Source: Caldisericia bacterium
GTDB taxonomy: Bacteria; Caldisericota; Caldisericia; JAAYUI01
NCBI GenBank assembly: GCA_963674785.1
Contig: OY771555.1
Coordinates: 1,152,001-1,216,000, forward strand
DNA length: 64,000 bases
Reading direction: 5' to 3'
The notes beneath the pieces were generated by a model. The model had not been told where the DNA came from, did no database searches, and saw nothing but the letters and a program-made list of their open reading frames with translations. This document shows positions 20,621-29,089 of this stretch, piece by piece (position 1 is the stretch's first letter; every line of letters begins with the position of its first letter). Made by a program: the position numbers and the translations under genes.

Positions 20621-21065
20621 CCTCAAACGGCAACTCCGATGTAATTCTATCCCCAGATATACCATCCTCAACTATTACCTCAATTGAATATTGTCCTGGC
20701 GGGGTTTCAAGTTTTACCTGTGAAGGAAGTCTGTAGTCAACTACCTCTTCATCATTATCAATTATGTCTTTAAAGGGCTGCTGTGTGTTGAGTAGTTTGC
20801 CATTTTCATCTCTCAGCTTGAGAGTCATGATTGGCCAGGATGAGTATTTGTCTCCAGATTTTTCTGAGATGAATCCTTCAACGACTGCAACAACATAAAC
20901 AACCTGATTCTTTTTGAATGTTGTATCCTCAATTTTTGTGAAATTTCCGAATTTTGTTACACTGTTTGCAAACTGGACAGAGTCAAGTTTAAGATTTCCG
21001 CCACCACAACCGACCAATAAAACAATAAGAATTGATGTAATAAATAGACTAGTTTTCTTTAGCAT
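20610..21065 (-). CDS. Lipoprotein with Ig-like beta domain
   Basis: Likely start MLKKTS after GAGGAG; lipobox LVGC; PGQYSIEVIVED. Confidence 0.7.
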   Translation of the reverse strand: MLKKTSLFITSILIVLLVGCGGGNLKLDSVQFANSVTKFGNFTKIEDTTFKKNQVVYVVAVVEGFISEKSGDKYSSWPIMTLKLRDENGKLLNTQQPFKDIIDNDEEVVDYRLPSQVKLETPPGQYSIEVIVEDGISGDRITSELPFEVIE

Positions 21066-22852
21066 TTTTCTCTCCTCTGTTCCACATTTCTTGCCATATG
21101 TTTTACAATCTCGGCTCCCCAAGTCAAATAAAAACTCAGTGAATATGGTCTTCTATTCATGTATGTGAGCTGGGATAACTGAATATGTCTTTTGATTATG
21201 CCCATCATTATAAGCTCAATCGCCCTATTAACCTCATATATCTCCGGAAGTTCCTCAAATGATTCTCTTTGCTCCCGTCTCTTTTTGAGGAGTTCATCCC
21301 GTCGAGTCACAAGGGATTCGAGTTTGTCCGCAGTTACTTTATTCAATACTTGGCTTATCCCAGAGACATTTCCAAGTTTTTGAAGTTTTTTTGGAAGACT
21401 CTCGGGAAGATTCTTGTTGTATTCCAACAAAGTATATCTTGCAAGGGTTCGAAGTTGACCTGGATGATAGACCATATTTTCAAGAATTTCAGAGGCTTTT
21501 TTTGCTTCGTTCTCCCAATTAATGGAAATCCATTCTGCGGACGTTTTCTCTCCCCAGAAACAGGATAAAAACTTTGGCAAGATCACTTCACTGTTCCCAA
21601 GAATTTTTAGGCTAGCAAGCGACCTAGCACCTAGTCTTAAAATGCTTCCGCTATCAAACTCTATACCCCTCTTTTTCAGTTCGTTTGTAAGATGAAAAAC
21701 CATAGGTGTATATTTTGACCCCAGTTCTGGTAGTGCCAGTATTCTTGGTGGTCTTGTCAATTCTGTTACAAGTGGTCCGGCTTTTCCAATCAGAGTTGGG
21801 TTTTTGCAGATTGATAAAAATGCTTTTTTGACCTCTTCGAGGGTTGCATTTTTGGGAAGTGTTATCTCTTTTGAGTATCCCTTAATTGGATAGATGAGTC
21901 TGAATGTGATGTTGTCATCACCAAAAATCGCCCTAATTCTCCATCTTACGAGTGTCCCACACTCAAGTTTGCACTCCATGAAAAATGGAAACTCGATCTC
22001 ATTGTTGCTGTATCTGATTCTCTTCAATGGGAGCTTTGCTTGATTTAATGCTTCATTGTATGACTCAGCAAATTCCTTTGGGTGTGAAAGTGCAATAAGA
22101 AAAACCTTTTGTGGTATCTCCTGTTTTTTCAGTTCAAACAGTTCTGATACCCTTATGGTTTTTGGTGCATCGATTTCAAATAAAACTTTCCATCCAACCT
22201 TCCAGAAAAACTCCTGGAGGTCAGAAACCGTTTTATTGTCTGAGTCTTTCAGAAATTCTTGTGAAAGTGACAATAGCTGCCTTCCACGTTTCAGGATTTC
22301 TTTTCGGTTGTCTTTGGGTGATGCTTTCAATGATCCTTTCAGGGCGTACAAAAATAGCAACCAATACTTTTCTTTTAATTCGTTGTTTAAAGGTACTGAT
22401 GAAATTGACCTTTGAGAAAATCTTGTAGGAACAATACCCGTATAACAAGTGCTTTCGGTGAGAGCCTTGATTATGTCTCCATTTTCAATTTGTATACCCA
22501 AATCTGAAAGAATTTTTTTCAGATTGAATTCTTCTACCACTTTAAGGTATTTTTCATCAATATATTTTAGGTGAACTCCAAGTTTTTTCCACGTTTTTGG
22601 TTCAACTGCGGGTGTATAAAATGGGCCACTTGAAATATCTTGATGAATCCACACTGCGCCTGTGAGATTATTGCAGTAGTCTGACGTTATCATGAAATCA
22701 TGATTTTCGTCTTTTATTCGATAATCTGCAGTTCCGAGTTTTTCATCAACAATAAAATATGTTGGATGGATACCCGAATTGTAAAGAGCATATCCATAAG
22801 GAAGGGCGTCCCATAAAACATTTTGATCACCTTTATAAAATAATGAACCCAT
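21059..22852 (-). CDS. Hypothetical cytoplasmic protein, possibly distant BshC-like (HUP/Rossmann ligase) family
   Basis: 597-aa ORF; motif order GDQ...FIVD...GKAG...ALPELGSKY...coiled coil...NRRPYS resembles BshC-like proteins. Confidence 0.5.
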   Translation of the reverse strand: MGSLFYKGDQNVLWDALPYGYALYNSGIHPTYFIVDEKLGTADYRIKDENHDFMITSDYCNNLTGAVWIHQDISSGPFYTPAVEPKTWKKLGVHLKYIDEKYLKVVEEFNLKKILSDLGIQIENGDIIKALTESTCYTGIVPTRFSQRSISSVPLNNELKEKYWLLFLYALKGSLKASPKDNRKEILKRGRQLLSLSQEFLKDSDNKTVSDLQEFFWKVGWKVLFEIDAPKTIRVSELFELKKQEIPQKVFLIALSHPKEFAESYNEALNQAKLPLKRIRYSNNEIEFPFFMECKLECGTLVRWRIRAIFGDDNITFRLIYPIKGYSKEITLPKNATLEEVKKAFLSICKNPTLIGKAGPLVTELTRPPRILALPELGSKYTPMVFHLTNELKKRGIEFDSGSILRLGARSLASLKILGNSEVILPKFLSCFWGEKTSAEWISINWENEAKKASEILENMVYHPGQLRTLARYTLLEYNKNLPESLPKKLQKLGNVSGISQVLNKVTADKLESLVTRRDELLKKRREQRESFEELPEIYEVNRAIELIMMGIIKRHIQLSQLTYMNRRPYSLSFYLTWGAEIVKHMARNVEQRREKC

Positions 22853-22934
22853 AGGGGGTATTCTACCATAAAATGAGATTTGTTACCATAAAACACTTTG
22901 AATATCAGTTTTTGTGTGCTAGAATCTGCCAACA

Positions 22935-24083
22935 ATGAAGAGATTTAAAAATATAATTATTGTTTTAGTCGTGATAGTAATGGTGACACTTTTTGTTTCG
23001 TGCGGGGAAAAGGTAACCGAAACAAATCCTGATGACACAACAGATAATGTTGGACAGGTAATAAAAGTTCCTGGTCCAGAGGGTGTGATTGCAACCGTTG
23101 GTCAGGTTGAAATTCCGATAGACGATTATGTTGAACTTCTCAACTCTACAAGAATTGCATTGATCGATGAGGGAATTGACATCGACGCAGAGGAAAATGC
23201 AGAAATCAAAATCTCAACACAGGACGAGATTATTGAGGGGCTCATCGATACGGCGGTATATGTTAATTATGCAAAAGAAAATGATTTGATGCCTTCGATG
23301 AAAGAAATTGAGGATGCTGTTTCAAGAGAGGTTAATGAGCAGGCTGTAAAAGTTGGCTCATATGATTTACTTGAGCAAACCCTAAAAGATGAGGGTGGTG
23401 TAAAAGAACTTAAGAAAATCCTCAGATCCGATCCTAAGTTTATTGAAAAAATCACTAAAGAAAAAGTCATCGAACATATCAGAAACCAGGTCGTCATAAC
23501 CGATGCTGATATCGAAGAGTTTTATGAGTCGAGGCTTTTGGGGTTATCGGAAATCGTCATCTACTTCTACCCAGATATTCACACAGATGAAGACATCGAC
23601 AAAGCAAGAAGATATACTGAGGCTGTAAAGAAAAAAATTGGAACTGAGCTGACTTTTAGTGAAACAGCTGAGAAGTTTTCAATGGAGCCAACAACAGCTA
23701 TTGATGGTGGAAGATATTCCGAGCTTATTCCAAGAGGAGTTTTACTTGAAGAGCTCGAAGACGCAGCATTTGCCCTCAAGATTGGTGAGGTATCAGATAT
23801 CATCAGAACAAAGGATTCTTTTAGGATCCTGAAACTTGAATATGAAACATATGTTTGGGATTATTTCTTCACCGAAGACGGCACAAAACCAAAACCAGAA
23901 CTGTCTACAGTAAAAGATCAGGTTGAAGCCAGACTTAGAATGATCAGGGAGTATGAAGCAGAACAGATGTGGTATGATGAATACAGAGACTCCCTAGATA
24001 TAAAGGTTTATCTTGAGCTCGTTTACCCAGAAGGGGAAACAGAAACTGATCAAACCACATCTGTGGATGACATCGAGGAATAA
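22935..24083 (+). CDS. PrsA/SurA-type foldase lipoprotein (parvulin PPIase)
   Basis: Lipobox FVSC; FSETAEKFS...GG...EDAAFALKIGEVSDIIRT. Confidence 0.88.
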   Translation: MKRFKNIIIVLVVIVMVTLFVSCGEKVTETNPDDTTDNVGQVIKVPGPEGVIATVGQVEIPIDDYVELLNSTRIALIDEGIDIDAEENAEIKISTQDEIIEGLIDTAVYVNYAKENDLMPSMKEIEDAVSREVNEQAVKVGSYDLLEQTLKDEGGVKELKKILRSDPKFIEKITKEKVIEHIRNQVVITDADIEEFYESRLLGLSEIVIYFYPDIHTDEDIDKARRYTEAVKKKIGTELTFSETAEKFSMEPTTAIDGGRYSELIPRGVLLEELEDAAFALKIGEVSDIIRTKDSFRILKLEYETYVWDYFFTEDGTKPKPELSTVKDQVEARLRMIREYEAEQMWYDEYRDSLDIKVYLELVYPEGETETDQTTSVDDIEE

Positions 24084-24105
24084 TTAAATATTCTTTCTGA
24101 TTTTT

Positions 24106-25158
24106 TTAACAGCCACCTACAAGGTCATCAAAAACATCTTTTACTCTTTGGATTTTGTTGATTCTGTGGGCGTTTGCTCCAGCAAAAACAAATCCATGCT
24201 CAAGGTTCCCACATTGTGCGTGCATTAGGGCATCGGCGATACAGAATGGACTGTCCTGTACTTTGCATGTTCTAATACAGTGGTATGGGCATTTATATGG
24301 CTTCTTTAATCCACTCTCCACATCGTCGATAAACCTGTTTGAAATTACACGACCAGGTAGACCTACGGGACTTTGGATTATTTTTATGTCGGCTTCCTTG
24401 CAGTCGATATAAGATTGTTTGAACTCATCTGATACTTCACATTCCTCGGTCGCAACAAATCTTGTACCGAGTTGAACGCCGCTTGCACCCATCTCGATGA
24501 ATTTTTCCATATCTTCTTTGGTGTATATCCCGCCAGCGGCAATAACAGGGATTGTTTTTCCTGATGTCTCTTTTACAACTTTCAGAACTTCAGGCAGAAC
24601 TTTTTCGAGTTTCTTGCTCGAGTCGCTAATCTCCTCTTTTTTGAATCCGAGATGTCCACCAGCTTCTGTTCCTTCAAGGACAATTGCATCTGGGATATAA
24701 TTAAACCTTTTCATCCAACGCTTTATCATCAAATATGCAGCTTTTGATGATGAAACTATTGGAACAAGTGCAGTTCTAGAGTTGCTGGTTAAATACTTAG
24801 GAAGTTCGAATGGTAACCCTGCTCCTGAGAATATTATATCGATTTTTTCAGAGATCGCTGTTTGAATGATTTGAGAAAAGTTGTTTAAAACTGACAATGC
24901 GTTAATGCCAATTATCCCTCTGGTTTTTTTCCTGGCTCTTTTGATTTCTTTAATCAGTGCTCGTTCTGATGCACCGTGAAAATTGCTGTTGAAGTCTGGT
25001 TCGGAAATCCCAATGCCAGTTGCAGCAATTACTCCGATTCCGCCACAGTTTGCAACCGAAGAGGCCAGATTTGACAGCGAAACTCTTATTCCCATTCCAC
25101 CCTGTATTATTGGATGTTTTGGGATATAGTCACCTATACGTAATCTATCAGTACCCAT
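24106..25158 (-). CDS. Nitronate monooxygenase / FabK-like flavin enoyl reductase family
   Basis: PIIQGGMG, EGTEAGGH, IAAGGI, GVQLGTRF, CPYHCIRTC; likely start ATG 25158 after AAAGGAG. Confidence 0.9.
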   Translation of the reverse strand: MGTDRLRIGDYIPKHPIIQGGMGIRVSLSNLASSVANCGGIGVIAATGIGISEPDFNSNFHGASERALIKEIKRARKKTRGIIGINALSVLNNFSQIIQTAISEKIDIIFSGAGLPFELPKYLTSNSRTALVPIVSSSKAAYLMIKRWMKRFNYIPDAIVLEGTEAGGHLGFKKEEISDSSKKLEKVLPEVLKVVKETSGKTIPVIAAGGIYTKEDMEKFIEMGASGVQLGTRFVATEECEVSDEFKQSYIDCKEADIKIIQSPVGLPGRVISNRFIDDVESGLKKPYKCPYHCIRTCKVQDSPFCIADALMHAQCGNLEHGFVFAGANAHRINKIQRVKDVFDDLVGGC

Positions 25159-25525
25159 AATGATACTCCTTTGTCGTTTTGGAGTTTGTGCGACCTGAAA
25201 CAAACTTAAGAATTTACTCGTGGACCAAACACGGCTCCCTTTCACGATCAATCCGCAATGAAACTTTTTTCACAAATTAATGAATCAATTTAAGTGACTA
25301 TGTCCGAAATCTTAGATACTAATCGTACCCAAAACAAGTACACTTTGTTTTTAACATTTAAGAAATGTTTTTTGTGGGTTCATTTGAAGCATTGGATTGT
25401 GTAAATGTATCCACTCTTTTCGATATTATTTAAACACGGAGTAAATCTCAGTCATATTGACTACCAATAAAAAAACTGGCAAACTGTCGACATTGTATTT
25501 GAATAGGTAACATCAGGAGGATGGT

Positions 25526-28159
25526 ATGAGCGTTGAAATGGATAAGTCTTATAATCCGGCATCAGTTGAGGATAGAATCTATAATTTATGGATAAATGGT
25601 GGATGGTTTCACTCAGAGCCAGATGATAATAAAGAACCGTTTGTTGTTATGATGCCGCTTCCTAATGTTACAGGAATCCTTCATACAGGACATGCATTAA
25701 ACAATGGAATTCAGGATTTGGTAATCAGATTCCAGAGAATGCGTGGAAAAAATGCAATGTGGATGCCTGGTGAAGACCACGCAGGGATTGCAACACAGAT
25801 TGTTGTTGACCGCGATCTTTATGAAAAAGAGGGAAAATCAAGGTTTGACATTGGTCGAGAGGCTTTTTCAAAAAGAGTTTGGGAATGGAAAGAAAAGCAC
25901 GGCGACATAATCATTAATCAGCTCAAAAAACTTGGTGTTTCTTGTGACTGGGACAGATTCACATTCACAATGGATGAGAATTATCAGGTTGCTGTCCGCG
26001 AGGCATTCTGCCACTACTTCGAAAAAGGTTACATCTACAAAGGAAATAGAGTAATCAATTGGTGCCCGTACTGCCAGACTGCAATCTCTGACATTGAAGT
26101 TGAACATGAAGATTCAGCAGGACATCTTTGGCATATCAAATATCCATTTAAGGATGGTTCAGATGATGGTGTTGTGATTGCAACAACAAGACCAGAGACA
26201 ATGCTTGGAGATACTGCGGTTGCTGTTAATCCATCTGATGAAAGATATAAACATCTAAAGGGAAAAACTGTTTTCCTACCGGTAGCCTGCAAAGAAATCC
26301 CAGTTATTGAAGATGATTATGTCGATCTTGAGTTTGGAACAGGTGTTGTGAAAATAACCCCTGCCCATGACCCAAATGATTTTGAAGTTGGAACAAGACA
26401 CGAACTTCCAATGCCGATCATCATGGGGCCAGATGGCAAGCTCAATAAAAAAGTACCAGAGCGCTATCAGGGACTTACAATGCTTGAAGCAAGAAAAAAG
26501 ATTGTTGACGAGCTTGAAGAAAAGGGATTGCTTGTAAAGATTGAAGACCACAAACATGCTGTTGGTCACCATGACAAATGTAAAACAAGGGTTGAACCAC
26601 TCCTCTCAAAACAGTGGTTCATGAGAATGGATGAGCTTGTAAAACCTGCAATTCAGGTTGTCAAAGATAAAAAAGTCCAATTCATACCAGAGCGTTGGAG
26701 CAAGGTTTATTTCGATTGGATGGAAAATATTCAGGATTGGTGTCTCTCAAGACAGAGTTGGTGGGGACACAGAATTCCAATCTACTACTGTGATGATTGT
26801 GATGAAATCTTTGTGTCTCGCGATGAGCCGTCTGCTTGTCCAAAATGTGGAAGCAAATCAATTCGACAGGAAGAAGACTCTCTTGATACGTGGTTCTCAT
26901 CTGCCCTTTGGCCGTTTGCGACACTCGGCTGGCCAGAAAAAACAAAAGACCTTGAATACTATCATCCAGGAAATGTCTTGATAACTGGATATGACATCAT
27001 ATTCTACTGGGTGGCAAGAATGATCTTCTCAAGCCTTGAATTCATGGGTGATATACCATTCAAGTATGCATATATGACTGGTCTTATCAGAGATGAGCAG
27101 GGTCGCAAGATGAGTAAGTCTCTCAAAAATGCAATCAATCCAATGGAGGTTATCGATAAGTTTGGAACAGATGCGATGAGATTCACCCTCATGTTCCTCT
27201 CAACTCAGGGGGGGCAGGACATCAAGCTTGGTGAAACTGTGCTAACAGAGGGAAGGAATTTTATCAATAAACTCTGGAATGCCTCAAGATTCACACTCAT
27301 GAATCTGGAGGATATGAAGCCAGGAAAACCAGAGAACCTTCAGTTCATTGACAAATGGATTCTCTCAAAACTTGGTGAAACTGTGAAAGCTGTAACAGAT
27401 GCTTTTGAGGAATATGACATTGCAAAGGGTGCAAGGGCAATATACGATTTCTTCTGGACAGATTTCTGTGATTGGTATATTGAACTTTCAAAGATGCCAA
27501 TAATGAATGGTGGAGAAGAAAAGACCCGAACACAGCAGGTTCTTTACCTTTGTCTTGATACAATCCTTAAGATTTTACACCCAATTGCACCATATGTCAC
27601 AGAGGAAATCTGGCAGAAACTCCCACATAAAACTGGTGATACAATCATGATTGCTGATTGGCCAAACCATGTTGATTTTGTTTTTGATGAAGAAGCAACC
27701 TCTGAGATGGTCAAGGTACAGTCAGCAATCAGAGCAATCAGAAATCTGAAAGCAAAACTCAGAATTCATCAGGGGATTATAGGTTGCAAATTCAATGCAC
27801 CAAAGGAAACAGTTGAGCTTCTGAATCGTGAAAAACAGCAGATTGAAAAACAGGCAAGAGTTGAAGGGTTTGAGTTTGCAGAAAACCAACCAGATGGAAG
27901 CGTGACAGCAGTTTCTACCGACATGAAATTCTACCTTGATGTTGCTGGAAAAATCGATATTGCCGAAGAGCTCAAAAGAATTGAAACTAGCAAGAACAAA
28001 ACTGAGGCAGAGCTTCAAAAAATTGAGAAACTCCTTGGAAATGAAGGTTTTGTAAAGAGTGCGCCTCCTGCAGTTGTTGAAAAAAATAAAGTGAAAATGG
28101 AAGAACTTAAATCAGAACTTGAAAATCTGAGGGAACTTTCAGATACCCTTTCAAATTGA
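25526..28159 (+). CDS. valS: Valine--tRNA ligase
   Basis: PNVTGILHTGH, DWCLSRQ, KMSKS, C-terminal coiled coil; AGGAGG RBS. Confidence 0.98.
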   Translation: MSVEMDKSYNPASVEDRIYNLWINGGWFHSEPDDNKEPFVVMMPLPNVTGILHTGHALNNGIQDLVIRFQRMRGKNAMWMPGEDHAGIATQIVVDRDLYEKEGKSRFDIGREAFSKRVWEWKEKHGDIIINQLKKLGVSCDWDRFTFTMDENYQVAVREAFCHYFEKGYIYKGNRVINWCPYCQTAISDIEVEHEDSAGHLWHIKYPFKDGSDDGVVIATTRPETMLGDTAVAVNPSDERYKHLKGKTVFLPVACKEIPVIEDDYVDLEFGTGVVKITPAHDPNDFEVGTRHELPMPIIMGPDGKLNKKVPERYQGLTMLEARKKIVDELEEKGLLVKIEDHKHAVGHHDKCKTRVEPLLSKQWFMRMDELVKPAIQVVKDKKVQFIPERWSKVYFDWMENIQDWCLSRQSWWGHRIPIYYCDDCDEIFVSRDEPSACPKCGSKSIRQEEDSLDTWFSSALWPFATLGWPEKTKDLEYYHPGNVLITGYDIIFYWVARMIFSSLEFMGDIPFKYAYMTGLIRDEQGRKMSKSLKNAINPMEVIDKFGTDAMRFTLMFLSTQGGQDIKLGETVLTEGRNFINKLWNASRFTLMNLEDMKPGKPENLQFIDKWILSKLGETVKAVTDAFEEYDIAKGARAIYDFFWTDFCDWYIELSKMPIMNGGEEKTRTQQVLYLCLDTILKILHPIAPYVTEEIWQKLPHKTGDTIMIADWPNHVDFVFDEEATSEMVKVQSAIRAIRNLKAKLRIHQGIIGCKFNAPKETVELLNREKQQIEKQARVEGFEFAENQPDGSVTAVSTDMKFYLDVAGKIDIAEELKRIETSKNKTEAELQKIEKLLGNEGFVKSAPPAVVEKNKVKMEELKSELENLRELSDTLSN

Positions 28160-28177
28160 TTTTTGAATATACTTTTT

Positions 28178-28214
28178 AAAGCCCCTGAATGTGAATATAT
28201 TTAGGGGCTTTTTA
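28178..28214. terminator. Bidirectional hairpin between convergent valS and TIM-barrel gene
   Basis: AAAGCCCCTGAATGT-GAAT-ATATTTAGGGGCTTTTT. Confidence 0.75.
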
Positions 28215-28986
28215 TTATCCCCATCTGCTTGAGAAGAACTTCTTTTCTTTTTTCACCGTTTATAGGGATTCTATTTTTCTCGTTTAGTTCAAAAAAAATT
28301 TCAAGAGTGACAGTGGTCTTTTTACCAAGGTTTTGGATTTGATTCAGAATCCCTTTGAGGTCGGTTTCTTTAATGAAGCCAAGATGATCATGTCCGTTTC
28401 TTGCGTCATGCAGGTGAATATGTTCCAGATTTTTTGCCAACCCGAAAAATTTATCCAATTCGTTTCTTCCAATAAGGAGTGCGTGGCCGGTATCGAGAGT
28501 TACTCCAATTTCCGGGAGTTTGTCAAACATCATTTCAAAAATGTTTGCTCCTCTGAAATCTCCTTTTTCAACGTTTTCAACACATAGAAGAATGTCTTTT
28601 GCAAGACAGTAATCGTTGTAGTGCTTGATTGCGTTGATGTTTTTATACATGGAAAAGATTGAAGATGGATGAATCGTGATTTTCTTGCATCCAAGCTTTT
28701 CAAATATATCGATTGACTTGATTATCTTTTGGTTAGTCACACCGTTTTCTAATAATTCATATTCCCAGTGGATATGACCCAGAACCGGGAATCCTAATAG
28801 ACGCTCTTGAATCTTTTGAACGAAATCAGTTGAATATATCTCTAGGTCTTTGTCAAGCGTTATTTCTACGAAATCAAAGTGTTTTTTTGCAAACAAGATT
28901 TCTCCAAAAAAATCATCCTCAAAGCTTGGCATAAATCCAAAAATCAAATTATCATACATGGTTTTATTATTATATTGATTTGTCAA
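28201..28986 (-). CDS. Sugar phosphate isomerase/epimerase (xylose-isomerase-like TIM barrel)
   Basis: TIHP, CVEN, LDTGH, HIHLHD, DHL, TLE metal ligands; ATG 28959 is an alternative start. Confidence 0.85.
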   Translation of the reverse strand: MTNQYNNKTMYDNLIFGFMPSFEDDFFGEILFAKKHFDFVEITLDKDLEIYSTDFVQKIQERLLGFPVLGHIHWEYELLENGVTNQKIIKSIDIFEKLGCKKITIHPSSIFSMYKNINAIKHYNDYCLAKDILLCVENVEKGDFRGANIFEMMFDKLPEIGVTLDTGHALLIGRNELDKFFGLAKNLEHIHLHDARNGHDHLGFIKETDLKGILNQIQNLGKKTTVTLEIFFELNEKNRIPINGEKRKEVLLKQMGIIKSP

Positions 28987-29013
28987 GTATTGAGTTACAC
29001 TCTGTTTTCCAGT

Positions 29014-29047
29014 TTCTAATAAAATTCTAACAAATCATATATACTAT
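29014..29047 (+). promoter_or_regulatory. Putative Pho box plus -10 upstream of pstS
   Basis: TTCTAAT and TTCTAAC repeated with 11-bp period, followed by TACTAT. Confidence 0.55.
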
Positions 29048-29089
29048 CTGAGTCATCAAATACCTGATATTCAGGAGGATAAAGAAAAA

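Noticed and set aside
18240-22900. Integrative element at tRNA-Glu/Gln
   Set aside because: I found no duplicated tRNA 3' end and no recombinase; only a single AT-rich gene follows
25257-25276. Rex/CRP-like site TTGTGAAAAAAGTTTCA on the minus strand
   Set aside because: Only one half-site matches the consensus
25260-25525. T-box leader for valS
   Set aside because: No GGTGGnACCGCG T-box or terminator; a promoter-like TTGACT-17-CAAACT lies only about 40 nt before the start
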